Assembly (NCBI GenBank): GCA_050613775.1
Contig: JBODTK010000118.1
Location: 434,001-498,000, forward strand
Source: Neocallimastix sp. 'constans'
Taxonomy: Eukaryota
Direction: 5' to 3'
DNA: 64,000 nucleotides
Below are positions 39,962 through 52,700 of the stretch, piece by piece. Every line of letters begins with the position of its first letter. Position 1 is the stretch's first letter. Position numbers and translations under genes: made by a program. The notes below the pieces were generated by a model. The model was given only the letters and a program-made list of their open reading frames with translations, was not told the origin of the DNA and did not search any database.

Positions 39962-40270
39962 AGAGAATAACTTTATCATAGAAATTAACATAAGAATTAC
40001 GAGATTTAAATCCATAACTCCGATAAAGTCCTCTATTAAAAATTTTTTGAGCTTTAGAGCATCTGCTCTTATTTGAACCAAAGAGAGGAGCATAATATAA
40101 AGCAAGACTAAGAATAAAGGAAATTAAAGCATATTTCTTTAATGGGAGAGGAATAGATTTATTAATAAGAAATCGAAAGTACGAATTTAACTTAACATTT
40201 AAATTATTGTTTAATTCGGATTGTATAGGGTTTCAATGATAAAAATTCATCAAAAGGAATATCAAGTATA
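39955..40270 (-). mobile_element. LINE ORF2 fragment (post-RT region)
   Basis: Minus-strand IPLPLKKYALISFILSLALYYAPLFGSNKSRCSKAQKIFNRGLY, adjacent to a long poly-T tract. Confidence 0.55.
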
Positions 40271-40668
40271 AAATAAAATAAAATAAAATAATAAAAAAAA
40301 ATTATTTAAATTTCTCGATCCATATAAACACTTCTTATACATATATAAATCAAAGTATATTAATTATATTAATATTATAAACATTTTAAAATTAAAAACT
40401 TAACAAAATTCACATCAATTAATTATAAACAACAAACATCATTATTTATATATATATATAAATTTATATTTATTTAAATTAAATAATAGATTTATAATTT
40501 CAAATAAATTAATAATTACTATTTTATATATGTCGTTTTAATAAAAACTTTCAATTTTAAATTAATACTACTATATCTGTCGTAATATATTTCGTATTTT
40601 TTTTACTTAATACAGGGTTAAAAATAATTTAAATATATTTATTAATATTTATATATATATTATAATGT

Positions 40669-41903
40669 TTAATTGCATATTCCATATAATTTTTGGCATC
40701 CAGTTCCACAGTATTCATTACTAATACCGCAATAACCATACTTACTGCAACATTGACCAGATGGGCATTCACCAATTCCTTTTCCACATTCTTTAGTAGA
40801 TTGTGGGGTAATTGTTGGTGTAGTTGTTGACTTAATTGTTGACTTAATGGTCTTATTACAAACACCAAATTCACTTTGACAGCCAGTACCACAATACTTT
40901 TCACTAGTACCACAATAGCCATACTTACTACAACATTCACCAGATGGACATTTACCAATTCCTTTTCCACATTCTTTAGTAGATTGTGGGGTAATTGTTG
41001 GTGTAGTTGTTGACTTAATTGTTGACTTAATGGTCTTATTACAAACACCAAATTCACTTTGACAGCCAGTACCACAATACTTTTCACTAGTACCACAATA
41101 GCCATACTTACTACAACATTCACCAGATGGACATTTACCAATTCCTTTTCCACATTCTTTAGTAGATTGTGGGGTAGTTGTTGGTGTAGTTGTTGACTTA
41201 ATTGTTTCATTACAAACACCAAATTCACTTTGACAGCCATTACCACAATACTTTTCACTAGCACCACAATAACCATATTTACTACAGCATTCTCCATTTG
41301 GACAGCTACCATAACCATTACCACATTTTTTGCCAGAATTATAAATAGTAGTAGTAGTTACCTTCTTGGAAGTGGATACTTTATTAGTAGTGGATATTTT
41401 ATTAGTAATGGATACTTTATTAGTAGTGGATATTTTATTAGTAGTAGATACTTTATTAGAAGTAGATACTTCATTAGCAGTGGATACTTTATTAACAGTG
41501 GATACTTTACTTGTAGTGGATACTTCATCACAAGGTTTTATATCAAAAATAGTACATGAAATATTATTTTGTGACTTACATACATTTTCATAATCATAAC
41601 TACAGTTTTTAAGACTTTTATTCGTTAAAACCTTTCCTGTAATATTTTTATTAAATATAAGAGTACTTTAAAATATATATATATATTTATATAAGCATTA
41701 AATTATTAAATTAAATTTAGAAATATGACAAATAATATATAATAATATATATTAAATTAATAATGTTATTATATATTATCTACTAATATATTCCAGATAT
41801 TTACATATCTTCAAGTTTAGTTAAATTATTAAGTGATTGAGGAACTTCACCTTCAATTTTGTTTAAATCTAATTTTCTAAATTATAAATATAATAAATAA
41901 AAA

Positions 41904-41958
<55 letters not shown>

Positions 41959-43117
41959 TCACTTTTTATTAATGATTAATTTTTTATATAATAATTAACA
42001 ATTAAATCATTTTGTTGATAATTTACAATTTCCTAAGATTTATAAGTTTATTTAAAGTACTTGGAAATTTAGTAATATAATTATTACTCATTAAACTTTT
42101 TAAATTAAAAAAAGATAAATAAAGTTTTAAAAAAAAATAAAAAATTAAAAATAAATAAAAAAAATAAAAATAAATATACAATTAGTAAATGGAGTGAAAT
42201 AATATATGAAATTAATAAATTATAATGTATATTATTTAAATTGCATATTAACACTTCTTCTAAAGTGGTAAGATCTCCAATATTTTCAGGAATTTGGGTT
42301 AATTTATTTGCTGTGAAATCACTTTTTATTAATTATATAAAATTATTTAAATTGTAAATTAAATTTATAAATATATAAATCAATAGGATTAAATTCAAAT
42401 CTTTAAAAATATTAATATCATTTACTATAATATAATAAATAAAATTAAATAAATTAAATTAAATTACATTGTTTTTATATTTTTAAGATCAAAGAAGGAA
42501 GATGGAATGGTCGTAATTTGATTAATTTCAATTTTGCTTTTCGAATTAATTTTTCATGTTCATGTTATCAAGTTATTATTAAAATTATTATTAAATATTA
42601 TTAATATATGTTATTATTAAATGTTATTATTTAATGCTTTTATTATTATATATGCTATTATTATTATTGATGTTATTACTAAAGTTATTTAAAATTACTT
42701 ACAAATTTTCGAGTTTTTCAAGTTTACCAACACTATCAGGAATAGAAGTAATGTTATTACTTCCAAGGTTACTATTAAAAAATTACAGAAATTTAATTTA
42801 TTCAATTGAATCTAGGTATATAAATTATACAAGTTTATTTATTTATTTATTTATTTAAATTGACTTACAGTTTCTTAAGATTCTTAAGATTTGAGACACT
42901 ATCTGGAATACTAGTAATATTATTTATACTTAAATCACTAAATTCAAAATTTGTATTTAAAAAATTATATAATATATACACAGTTATTACTATTGTTTAT
43001 TTATTTAATACTATATTTTTTTTATATTATTCACATACAGAGTTTCAAGCTTACTAAAAGAGGTCAATTTTTCGAAATCATCATTATTAATATCATTAAA
43101 TCTTAAATCTCTTTTAA

Positions 43118-43161
<44 letters not shown>

Positions 43162-43772
43162 TCATAATTTATTAATAAATTAAATGTATAAACAATATAA
43201 TATATTCAAATAATAACATTATATAATTAAATTAGTAATAATTTACAGGTATTCAAGATTTTTGAAATTTTTAATTTTGTCTGGAATTTCCTTTATTTGT
43301 GATTGAGAAACAGTTCTTATATATTTTAGAATTCATTTTAATAAATAATAAATAACAATTTTTTATAAAAATAATAGAGAAAGGATTAATTTATGAAATT
43401 ATACTTTAATTAATAATAAATCAACATATAGAAAAAAAAATTTTTTTTAATTAATTACAATTTTTGTAAATCAGTCAATGAATAAATTAAGTCAGGAATA
43501 CCATTAGCTTTATAGATAGAAATTCCACTTATATTTCTAGAATATTAACATTTAAATTAAAAAATATGTTAATATATTTTCACTTTTTTTTTTTTTTAAA
43601 TAAATTTATAAATGAATTACAATGTTGTAATTTTGCCGTCTTTGTCAACAACACATTCATTTACATAATAATTATTTTTTAATTCGTTTTTTACATCATC
43701 ACATTTATTAGCTATAGCAAATGAGCTAAATAAAACTAGACTTATTTGTTTTAATATTTTAGAAAATTTCAT
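40669..43772 (-). CDS. Secreted LRR + Thr-rich linker + 4x CBM18 (hevein-type chitin-binding) protein, paralog A; exons 43772-43621, 43527-43459, 43315-43247, 43110-43039, 42937-42869, 42771-42703, 42536-42468, 42321-42253, 42095-42027, 41876-41805, 41665-40669
   Basis: Signal peptide MKFSKILKQISLVLFSSFAIA, Cys cap, nine 69/72-nt phase-2 exons each encoding one LRR (e.g. DLSINNITSIPDSVSNLKNLKKL), last exon with Cys cap, KVSTTN repeats and four CGxGxGxCPxGxCCSKYGYCG..YCGxGCQ modules; exon 2 acceptor has an alternative 9 nt upstream. Confidence 0.92.
40780..41230 (-). repeat. 183-nt (61-aa) near-identical tandem repeat of CBM18+linker unit
   Basis: ttgtgggg at 40801, 40984 and 41167. Confidence 0.92.
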
Positions 43773-44019
43773 ATTGATTAATACTAATTTTCAATAATAA
43801 AATACTACAATTATATTAAGTATGATAACAAAATGGAGTAAACTTTTTGTATATAAATATTTTTTTTAAATAATATATAATTAGTCTATTTAAATCAAAT
43901 GATAATTGTTACAATTTATTTACATAATGTATAATTATTTAAAATTTCATAATTATTTATTATTGATATAATTAAAAAAATATATATATAAAAAAAAAAA
44001 CATATATTATTACTATATA

Positions 44020-44490
44020 TATATTTATTAATTTTTTTATTTAGTCATTAAAAATATCAAATAAAGAGTTTCCTAATGAATAATCCATTAAATATTACTT
44101 AAAACAGATAAATTCAATTAAAATAAATATATATTACAATATAATATATGGTTAATTAAATTTTAAAGAATGGCTGGCTATATTAATTATTAAATTTAAT
44201 TAATAAAAAAGTTAAATTTATATTTTAAATATAAAAAAGAAACTTTAATATATGGATCATACATATTAAATTATTATATTAATATAAACCAATTGATTTT
44301 TAAGATAATGTAATTCAAAAAAGTAAAATATGTAGATAAATGATTATTTAAAAATGATAATGTACATAATATATATTTAATTCTTTACATCCATTCCTTT
44401 AATGAATAAAACCAAGAAATAAGTTAAAATTCATATAATATAGCTAATTATAGAGAATCATATAACAAATATCTAATATTAAAAAATACT
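44020..44490. promoter_or_regulatory. Conserved upstream block of LRR-CBM18 paralog A (homologous to 54130-54710)
   Basis: Shared long strings actttaatatatggatcatacatattaaatta, aaaatgataatgtacataatatatatttaattct, gttaaaattcatataatatagctaattataga; regulatory role is inference. Confidence 0.55.
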
Positions 44491-45220
44491 ATATAGCCTT
44501 TGAATGATTTGCAATTTATTCACTTTCATTAAAAGTTTTAATTAAAAAATTAATAATACAGTACATATAAATATATAAATCTCTATTTTTATAATTTATA
44601 AAAAGCTGTAAAATTTATATAAAATTTTATATAAAATTTTATTATTAATAAATTTTACTCCATATAAACCTTAAAATTCATTTAATTAAAAATTCAATAA
44701 ACACTTAATATTCAATAGTATAGAAAAATTATTCTATATTAATGCAGTTTTTATGATAAATGACCTCGATAAACATTAAAATAAATAAATAATTATATTA
44801 ATAAAATAAATATATAAATATAATATTATATAAAAAATTAATATTTCTTGAGTAAACTACCTGAAGCATGCTGGTTAAAACATGTAAATTTCTATAATTT
44901 TATACATAGTTATTAAAGTTTAAATGAATTATATGTTATGGACAATTTTGATATAGTAAATATTATTTTTAAAATTAAATGTTTTATTTATTTATTAAGT
45001 TTTAATATAATAATAATATATATATTAAAAGAATTTAAATATGCATAAACTTTAAATACGCATTAATTTTTAAATTCTGAAGTTTTTATAAAATATTTTC
45101 AAACTAAATAACCTTTCTAATATAATAAAATAGATAGGATCATCATAATCATGGATATACTATTATAAAATATAATATTAATATTATTAATTATAAAACT
45201 ATTATGATTTATATATATAT

Positions 45221-45500
45221 ATTTTTTTTTTTTAATAGCCGCAATTATTGCGAACTTTAATATTTACTTATTTATTCTTATATAAAATACATGAAAACTT
45301 TTAATTTTAATAAAAAATAAAAAAAACACAGAATTAATAAAATAAATAAATATTATTTGTCCAATTTGATCGTAATAATAAATGAAATAGTAAAGTAAAA
45401 TAAAAAGTAATAATCAAAAATAAGTGTAATAAATTCAGAAAAAAAGTTCATATGCAACAAACCTCACCTCCTTATGGATTAGGGTTTGAATTGTCTATCT
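45221..45500 (-). mobile_element. Short 3'-end copy of LINE family A
   Basis: Poly-T then tagccgcaattattgcgaactttaa...ttcagaaaaaagttcatat...ttatggattagggtttgaattg matching 47897-48160 and 11551-11890. Confidence 0.8.
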
Positions 45501-45794
45501 GATATTATGATTTATAAAACTATTTTTATACATATATAATTTTTTAAAAAAAAAAAAAAAAATTGATTGTAATCATATATTGCTATATTTTGGAAATTTA
45601 AGTAAACTTATATTTAATTTCAGTAAATAATATAAAATTTTTTATTTTTCATAATTTTAACCTTTTTTTTTATGTTTATAATGTAAAATAAGTATATATT
45701 TGATAATATATACTAAAATATGTTATTAATAAATAAATAAATTATATTTTTATTGGTATTATTGACTAAGCATTATATTTTATTAGGAATTTCA

Positions 45795-45828
<34 letters not shown>

Positions 45829-46419
45829 TATAAAATTTTAAAAATTTACATATATATTTTAATTTAATAAATTATCTCATTATGAATAATAATTAATCAT
45901 ATTTTTCTCCAAAATTTTATATAGTATTTTTATTTTTATTATTTCTATTAGTTTTATTATTTATTTCAATATAATATTATAATATTTAAAACTATAATAT
46001 ATAATATTTTATATGTTAACAATAATTATATATCTTTAAAAATTTTAAAAATATATCTAAATAATATTTTATTAAATTACCAAAAACAAAATAACGGTTA
46101 ATTGATAAATAATTTTTTTTATTATATTATGCATTCTATATTAATATTTAAATGATAATCAACTTTTAATATATGATTTGAATATATGAATATATATTTA
46201 TATAAATAAAATCATTATATAAAAAATAAACCTTTTAAGATAAAAATTAATTTCATAGGATAAAAAAAAATCATTAGCATGAATCAATCATTATTATATT
46301 TAAATATTGTATATCTAAATATTTACATAATATTTCATCAAATGTATATAATTTTTCAATTATAATAAAAAATTTTCTGTAATAATTTTTTATATACTTT
46401 TAATTTAATTTTTCTATAA

Positions 46420-46960
46420 TAATCTTTTAAAAAAATACGTTGTTCATTTTGTAGTTCTTGAAAGTTGTTATTAATCAAAAACTTTGATATTGTTAAAAAC
46501 CATTGGCGACCAGCTTGAATCCATATAATAACTTGTGGAGTTGTTATAGTTGTTTATCATCTTCTGGGATAGCTATAAATGGCTTTGCCAAGTTTTGCTT
46601 TTAAGTGGAAATGATTTGAGTGGAGATTCTCTAATTATGTGATTACTATTGTGTAAAATAAATACTGATTTGCTTGAATTGAATATTTTTATTTTATTTT
46701 TGAATATATACCTTTGTTTTTAAAGTTTAAATCTGCTTATGATGCTTTTTGTGATATTTTCAGAATATAAAATATTGTTTAGTATGATATTGAATCCATT
46801 GATATTTTCGAGGTACTATAACCTTCAAATTTGCATTACTTTCATTGGCTCATTTTTGTTAATGAAGTTAGTTAACAATCTTTATTATTGGTTATATGTT
46901 CAGAGTATCATATGTCATAAGTCTAGGTAGTAATAATTCTCTTGTTAATAATTATTATTG
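46420..46960 (-). mobile_element. Ty1/Copia retrotransposon remnant (RT fragment, internally deleted)
   Basis: Minus-strand LHKLLYGFK-(frameshift)-AGRQWFLTISKFLINNNFQELQNEQRIF matching the Copia RT LYGLKQAGRQW motif. Confidence 0.75.
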
Positions 46961-47454
46961 AATTGATTTGATATTTTTTTTTATACATAATAAAAAAATG
47001 TAATAAATATTAAATATAAAAGTATATAAAAAAAGTTAAAAAAGTACATGAGATGGAATAAATCAATTCTGATAGGAATATGAAAAATTATCATTATTCA
47101 AAAAAACAAAAATAATAATAATACATGATAAATATAACATTATAGTACTATATATAAATGATTTATACATAAGGAAATAGTAAATAAATGAAAAAAATGA
47201 AAATATAAAAAAAAAAAAAGGAAAAAAAATCAATGAAAAATATATCACTATTTCTTAAAATTTTTTAAAATTAATTAATAACTTTGATAAATAATATCTA
47301 TTACAAATAATTACGATAAGCAATTGTATCAAAAACATTTATTGAGAAATATTTATATTTTTTTTTGTCATCACTCTCGGTTCCACAAAAATTAAGACGG
47401 TGAAACGACTCTGACGAGGGTTTTAAAGTAATAAAGTTCATTCCTATTGATTTT

Positions 47455-47590
47455 TTTTTTTTTATTTATTTATCATTTATGAATAAATTGAATAAGATTG
47501 GTGATAACGGACAACCTTGACGAACACCTCTTTTAATAGGAAATTCATTTGATAATATTGAAGCAAATAGAGCACGTGCTTTAGAAAATA
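47455..47590 (-). mobile_element. LINE RT core fragment
   Basis: Minus-strand ARALFASILSNEFPIKRGVRQGCPLSPILFNLFIND. Confidence 0.92.
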
Positions 47591-47887
47591 CTAGCTCAAA
47601 CGAACTACTTATGATTTTTTTTTTTTTTTTTTAGACAGGGTAGAGAATACACTTCCATAACTTTATTAATTTTATTATAAAAAAATCACTATCTATTTTA
47701 AAGATGCTACTTCTAGGTTTTATTTCTTTTTTATTTGTTAGGAAGGGAAAAAATCTCGCATAGTACAACTTGCCGAAATACATAGTATTTTTGAGCTTTT
47801 TTATTTTTTATTTTTTAATTTTTTAAATTTTTTTTTTTATTTTTAATTTCAAATGTACTTTTTCACCCTTCGTAGAAATAGATGAAT

Positions 47888-48753
47888 TTTTTTTTATAGC
47901 CGCAATTATTACGAACTTTAATCTTTGTTTATTTATTCTTATATAAAATACATGAATACTTTTAATTTTAATAAAAAAATAAAAAAACACAGAATTAATA
48001 AAATAAATAAAAACATTATTTGTCCATTTTGAATATAATAATAAATGAAATAGTAACGTGAAATAAAAAGCAATAATCAAAAATAACTGTATAAATAAAT
48101 TCAGAAAAAAGTTCATATTCAACGAACCTCATCTCCTTATGGATTAGGGTTTGAATTGACTATCTGAAAGAAGTTATGGTCTTCTCCTTCAGAGGCATTG
48201 GCCCTGCTAGTCTGTCTTACTCCATTTTCAGCGTTGACGCTCCTGGTTAGTTTGCGCTTATACTTTTGGAATAGTAACACTTGCCGAGTACTAGCCCGAG
48301 GCATAATTTCTGTAAAGAGAGCCGCAGATCGCACCAAGAATGTCGTTTTTGAATAATTACCAGAAATGATTTGGTTCTTAAACAAAATATTCCATTCCTT
48401 TTTATAATTTAAATCTATTATGCCTGTATCCCTTCCACCAAGAAGAAAGTTATATAATCGGTACTATGCCACATATATATTTACACACTCATTATTCAGA
48501 AAATTACTTAAATTACCACGATTTTCACCAATTGAACTATTCACTAAATTAGAGGTAACGATATTATAATTTTCACTATTACTAATATGAATAATTCTAT
48601 TTTCACTATCACTATTTCTATTATTATTAACAGTATTATTTCTAATGTTAATATTATTAATATTATATACTTCTTACTACTATTAGAATCAGAACTTAGT
48701 TCTATATTATTCATATCTGTGATAACAGTGTCTACATTACTATTAGATATTAG

Positions 48754-48797
<44 letters not shown>

Positions 48798-49340
48798 CAG
48801 GGAAGAGAATACACTTCCATAACTTTATTAATTTTTATTAAAAAATACATGTAGGTGAAAAAGTTCATTTAAAATTAAAAATAAAAATAAAAAGTTAAAA
48901 AATTAAAAAATAAAAAGCTCAAAAATACTATGTATTTTGGCAAGTTGAGATATTGGACAATATTTAGAAATAATATAAAATATTTCATAAAGAATTTCAA
49001 TATCCTTAAAATATTTTATTCGAAATTCACGGAAAAGATAGTATTTAGAAAACCAATGTTCCAATCGAGGATTACTATTTTTTCTATAACAACAAGGACA
49101 CCTTTTAGGACAGCCTTCTTCATACATTTTGGCGGCTTTGGCAAAGAAATAGATGAAGATCCTGTATTATCATTATGTCTTATCAGTACGACGTCGACGC
49201 TCTTTTTTTAGAACAGTTGACTCGGATGAACCTTTGAAAAGTAGTTCATTAAATTGTCTCTGTTCTCCACTATCGAAATGTAGCTCATTTAAAACTAAAG
49301 TCCCACCAAGAAGGAACAAGGTAATTGAGAATAAAATCTT
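47888..49340 (-). mobile_element. Nested LINE 3' regions (family A 3' end, family B tail at 48758-48840, zinc-knuckle-like and FLLGG fragments)
   Basis: CPKRCPCCYRKNSNPRLEHWF, two FLLGG motifs (~48440, ~49310), LFQKYKRKL...NSNPN terminus and poly-T tails. Confidence 0.75.
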
Positions 49341-49359
49341 TTTTTTTTTTTTTTTTTTT

Positions 49360-49407
<48 letters not shown>

Positions 49408-49791
49408 CTTAAAATACATTAATTAATATTAATATTTTTAGAATGCGTTAAACAACTAATACATTCTAAATTCATTTCATCTTTTATATCTTATAAAAAT
49501 CACACATATTAATATAAACAACACACATCATTACTGTTTTTATAAATATATATATTAAAATATTAATATATATATATAAATTTATTTATATTTATATAAA
49601 TTAAATAATAGATTTATAATTTCAAATAAATTAATAATTACTATTTTATATATTATGTCGTTTTAATAAAAACTTCCAATTTTAAATTAATAATATCTTA
49701 TCTATCATAATATATTTAGTATTTTTTACTTAATACAGGGTTAAAAATAATTTAAATATATTTATTAATATTTATATAAATATTAAAATGT

Positions 49792-52700
49792 TTAATTGCA
49801 TATTCCATATAATTTTTGGCATCCAGTACCACAGTATTCAGTACTAATACCACAATAACCATGTTTACTGCAACATTCACCTTCTGGGCATTTACCAATT
49901 CCTTTTCCGCATTCTTCAGAATATTCTTGCTTAACAGTTGGTTTAACAGTTGGTTTGACGGTTGTTGTTTTAGTGGTTGTTTTAGTGGTTTTAATTGTTT
50001 TATTACAAACACCAAATTCACTTTGACAGCCAGCACCACAGTATTCATCACTAATACCACAATAACCATGTTTACTACAACATTCACCATATGGACATTT
50101 ACCAATTCCTTTTCCGCATTCTTCAGAATATTCTTGCTTAATAGTTGGTTTAATTGTTGTCTTATTTGTTGTCTTACTTGTAGTCTTACTTGTAGTCTTA
50201 ACTGTAGTCTTAACTGTATTATTACAAATACCAAATTCACTTTGACAACCGGCACCACAGTACTTATCACTTATACCACAATAACCATACTTACTACAAC
50301 ATTCACCATATGCACATTTACCAACTCCTTTTCCACATTCTTTTTTACTTTGTGGCTTAACTGTTGTTTGCTTAACTGCTGTTGACTTAACTACTGTTGA
50401 CTTAACGGTTGTTTGCTTAACGGTTGTTGGCTTAACGGTTGTTTTACTTTTTGCCTTACTTGTTGTCTTGCTTGTTGTCTTGCTTGTTGTCATGCTTGTT
50501 GCCTTACTTGTTGTCTTGCTTGTTGCCTTATTTGTTGTCTTACTTGTTGTCTTAGTTATCTTAATTGTTGTCTTTATTGTCTTAATTGTTGTCTTTATTG
50601 TTTTGTTACAAACACCAAATTCACTTTGACAGTCGGCACCACAATACTTTTCACTTGTACCACAATAACCATGCTTACTACAACACTTACCAGATGGACA
50701 TTTACCAATTCCTTTTCCACATTCTTTTTTACTTTGTGGACTAACTGTTGTCTTAATTGTGGTCTTGTTTGTAGTCTTGCTTGTAGTCTTACTAGTAGTC
50801 TTTTTAGTAGTCTTACTAGTAGTCTTTTTAGTAGTCTTACTAGTAGTCTTTTTAGTAGTCTTACTAGTAGTCTTACTAGTAGTCTTACTAGTAGTCTTAT
50901 TTGTTTTGTTACAAACACCAAATTCACTTAGACAGTCAGCACCACAATATTTTTCACTAGTTCCACAATAGCCATACTTACTACAACATTTACCAGATGG
51001 ACATTTACCAATTCCTTTTCCGCATTCTTTTCTACTTTGTGGATTAACTGTTGTTGGCTTAACGGTTGTTGGCTTAACTGTTGTTGTCTTAGTGGTTGCC
51101 TTAGTGGTTTTAACTGTTTTGTTACAAATACCAAATTCACTTTGACAGCCAGTACCACAGTATTCATCGCTAATACCACAGTAACCATGTTTACTACAAC
51201 ATTCACCATATGGACATTTACCAATTCCTTTTCCACATTCTTCAGAATGTTGTTCCTTAATTGGTTCATTACAAATACCAAATTGTTTTTGACAGCCAGT
51301 ACCACAATATTCAATACTAATACCACAATATCCAAATTCGCTACAACATTCTCCATATGGACAGCTACCAAAACCATTACCACATCTATCACCAGTACTT
51401 GGAGTAGCAATTGGAGTTACATTCTTGGTAGTAGTTTCATTTTTGGCAGTAGTTACATTCTTAGTAGTAGTTACATTCTTAGTAGTAGTAACATTCTTAG
51501 TAGTAGTTACATTGTTGGTAGTAGAAACATTCTTAGCAGTAGTTGTAGCTTCAACAGTGGTAGTACAATCTTTCACTTCATTATTTTTAAGACATGGAAT
51601 ATCTTTCTGTGGTTTACATATATTATTGTAATCATAAACACAGTTTACAAGACTTTTATTGATTAAAGCTTTTCCACTAATATTTGTATTTCCTTGTAAG
51701 TTACTATTATAAAAGATATATATATAAAAATATTTCAAAGAAATATCACATTTCAATTTTGATTTTTAATTGAAGTAGAAAATATAGAATAGGCAATAAT
51801 AAATATTTTAATAAAATAAAAATTTTTAAATAAAATCTATCAAGATATTTAAGATATTTAAAATATTTACATATTTTCAAGATAATTTAAAGAATTAAGA
51901 GATTCAGGAATTTCACCACTAATTTTATTTGAACCTAAATTTCTAAATTATAGTAATTAATAAAAATATATTAATAACAATCATTAATTTATTATATCTT
52001 TTATTAATGAATGATATTATATTTCAATATAATAATATCTAATTATATAACAATTATTTAGATATTTTTTGACAATTTACAATGTTTTAAGATAAGTAAG
52101 TTTACTTAAAGAACTTGGTAAATTGGTAATTGTATTATTGCTGAGATTACTTTTTTTTTAAAAAAAAATTAAATTATTATCATTATTTAAAAAATGATTT
52201 TTTTAAATAAATTATTAAAAATAAAAATAAATTTAGTTTATTTTATTTTATAAAAATAAATACAGATAAAATAATTTCATAAAGTATAAATTTTATAAAT
52301 TTATTTACATTTCTTCTAAAGTGACAAGATCTCCAATAAATTCTGGAATTTCCTTTATAATATTTTCTTCAAAGTTACTTTATATATATATAAATATATT
52401 TATAAATAAATTTAATAAATTGAAAATTAATTTATAAATTATAAATCAATATAAATAAATCATTATTATTAAATTTTTAATCTAAACTATTTATATATTT
52501 ATTAACATATATAAAATAAACTAAAATTTACATCTTTGTGATATTTTTAAGACCAGCGAAGGAAGATGGAATGGCCTTAATATTATTATCTTTAATTTCT
52601 CTATTATATGTAAATTTTCAAATGTAATAATTTTAATATGATTATATTATCAATTATTATAAAAATAATCTATTATTATTTAGTAAATATTACTTACAAT

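Noticed and set aside
40629..41593. Val-rich ORFs (231, 109, 75 aa)
   Set aside because: Off-frame or antisense readings of the CBM18 exon; the true frame lacks an ATG because it is a spliced terminal exon
41805..43527. Periodic GC-richer blocks that could be read as a repeat-spacer array
   Set aside because: Fully explained as LRR exons bounded by GT-AG introns
49752..51666. Multiple Cys/Leu/Val-rich overlapping ORFs
   Set aside because: Alternative-frame shadows of the CBM18/Thr-repeat exon
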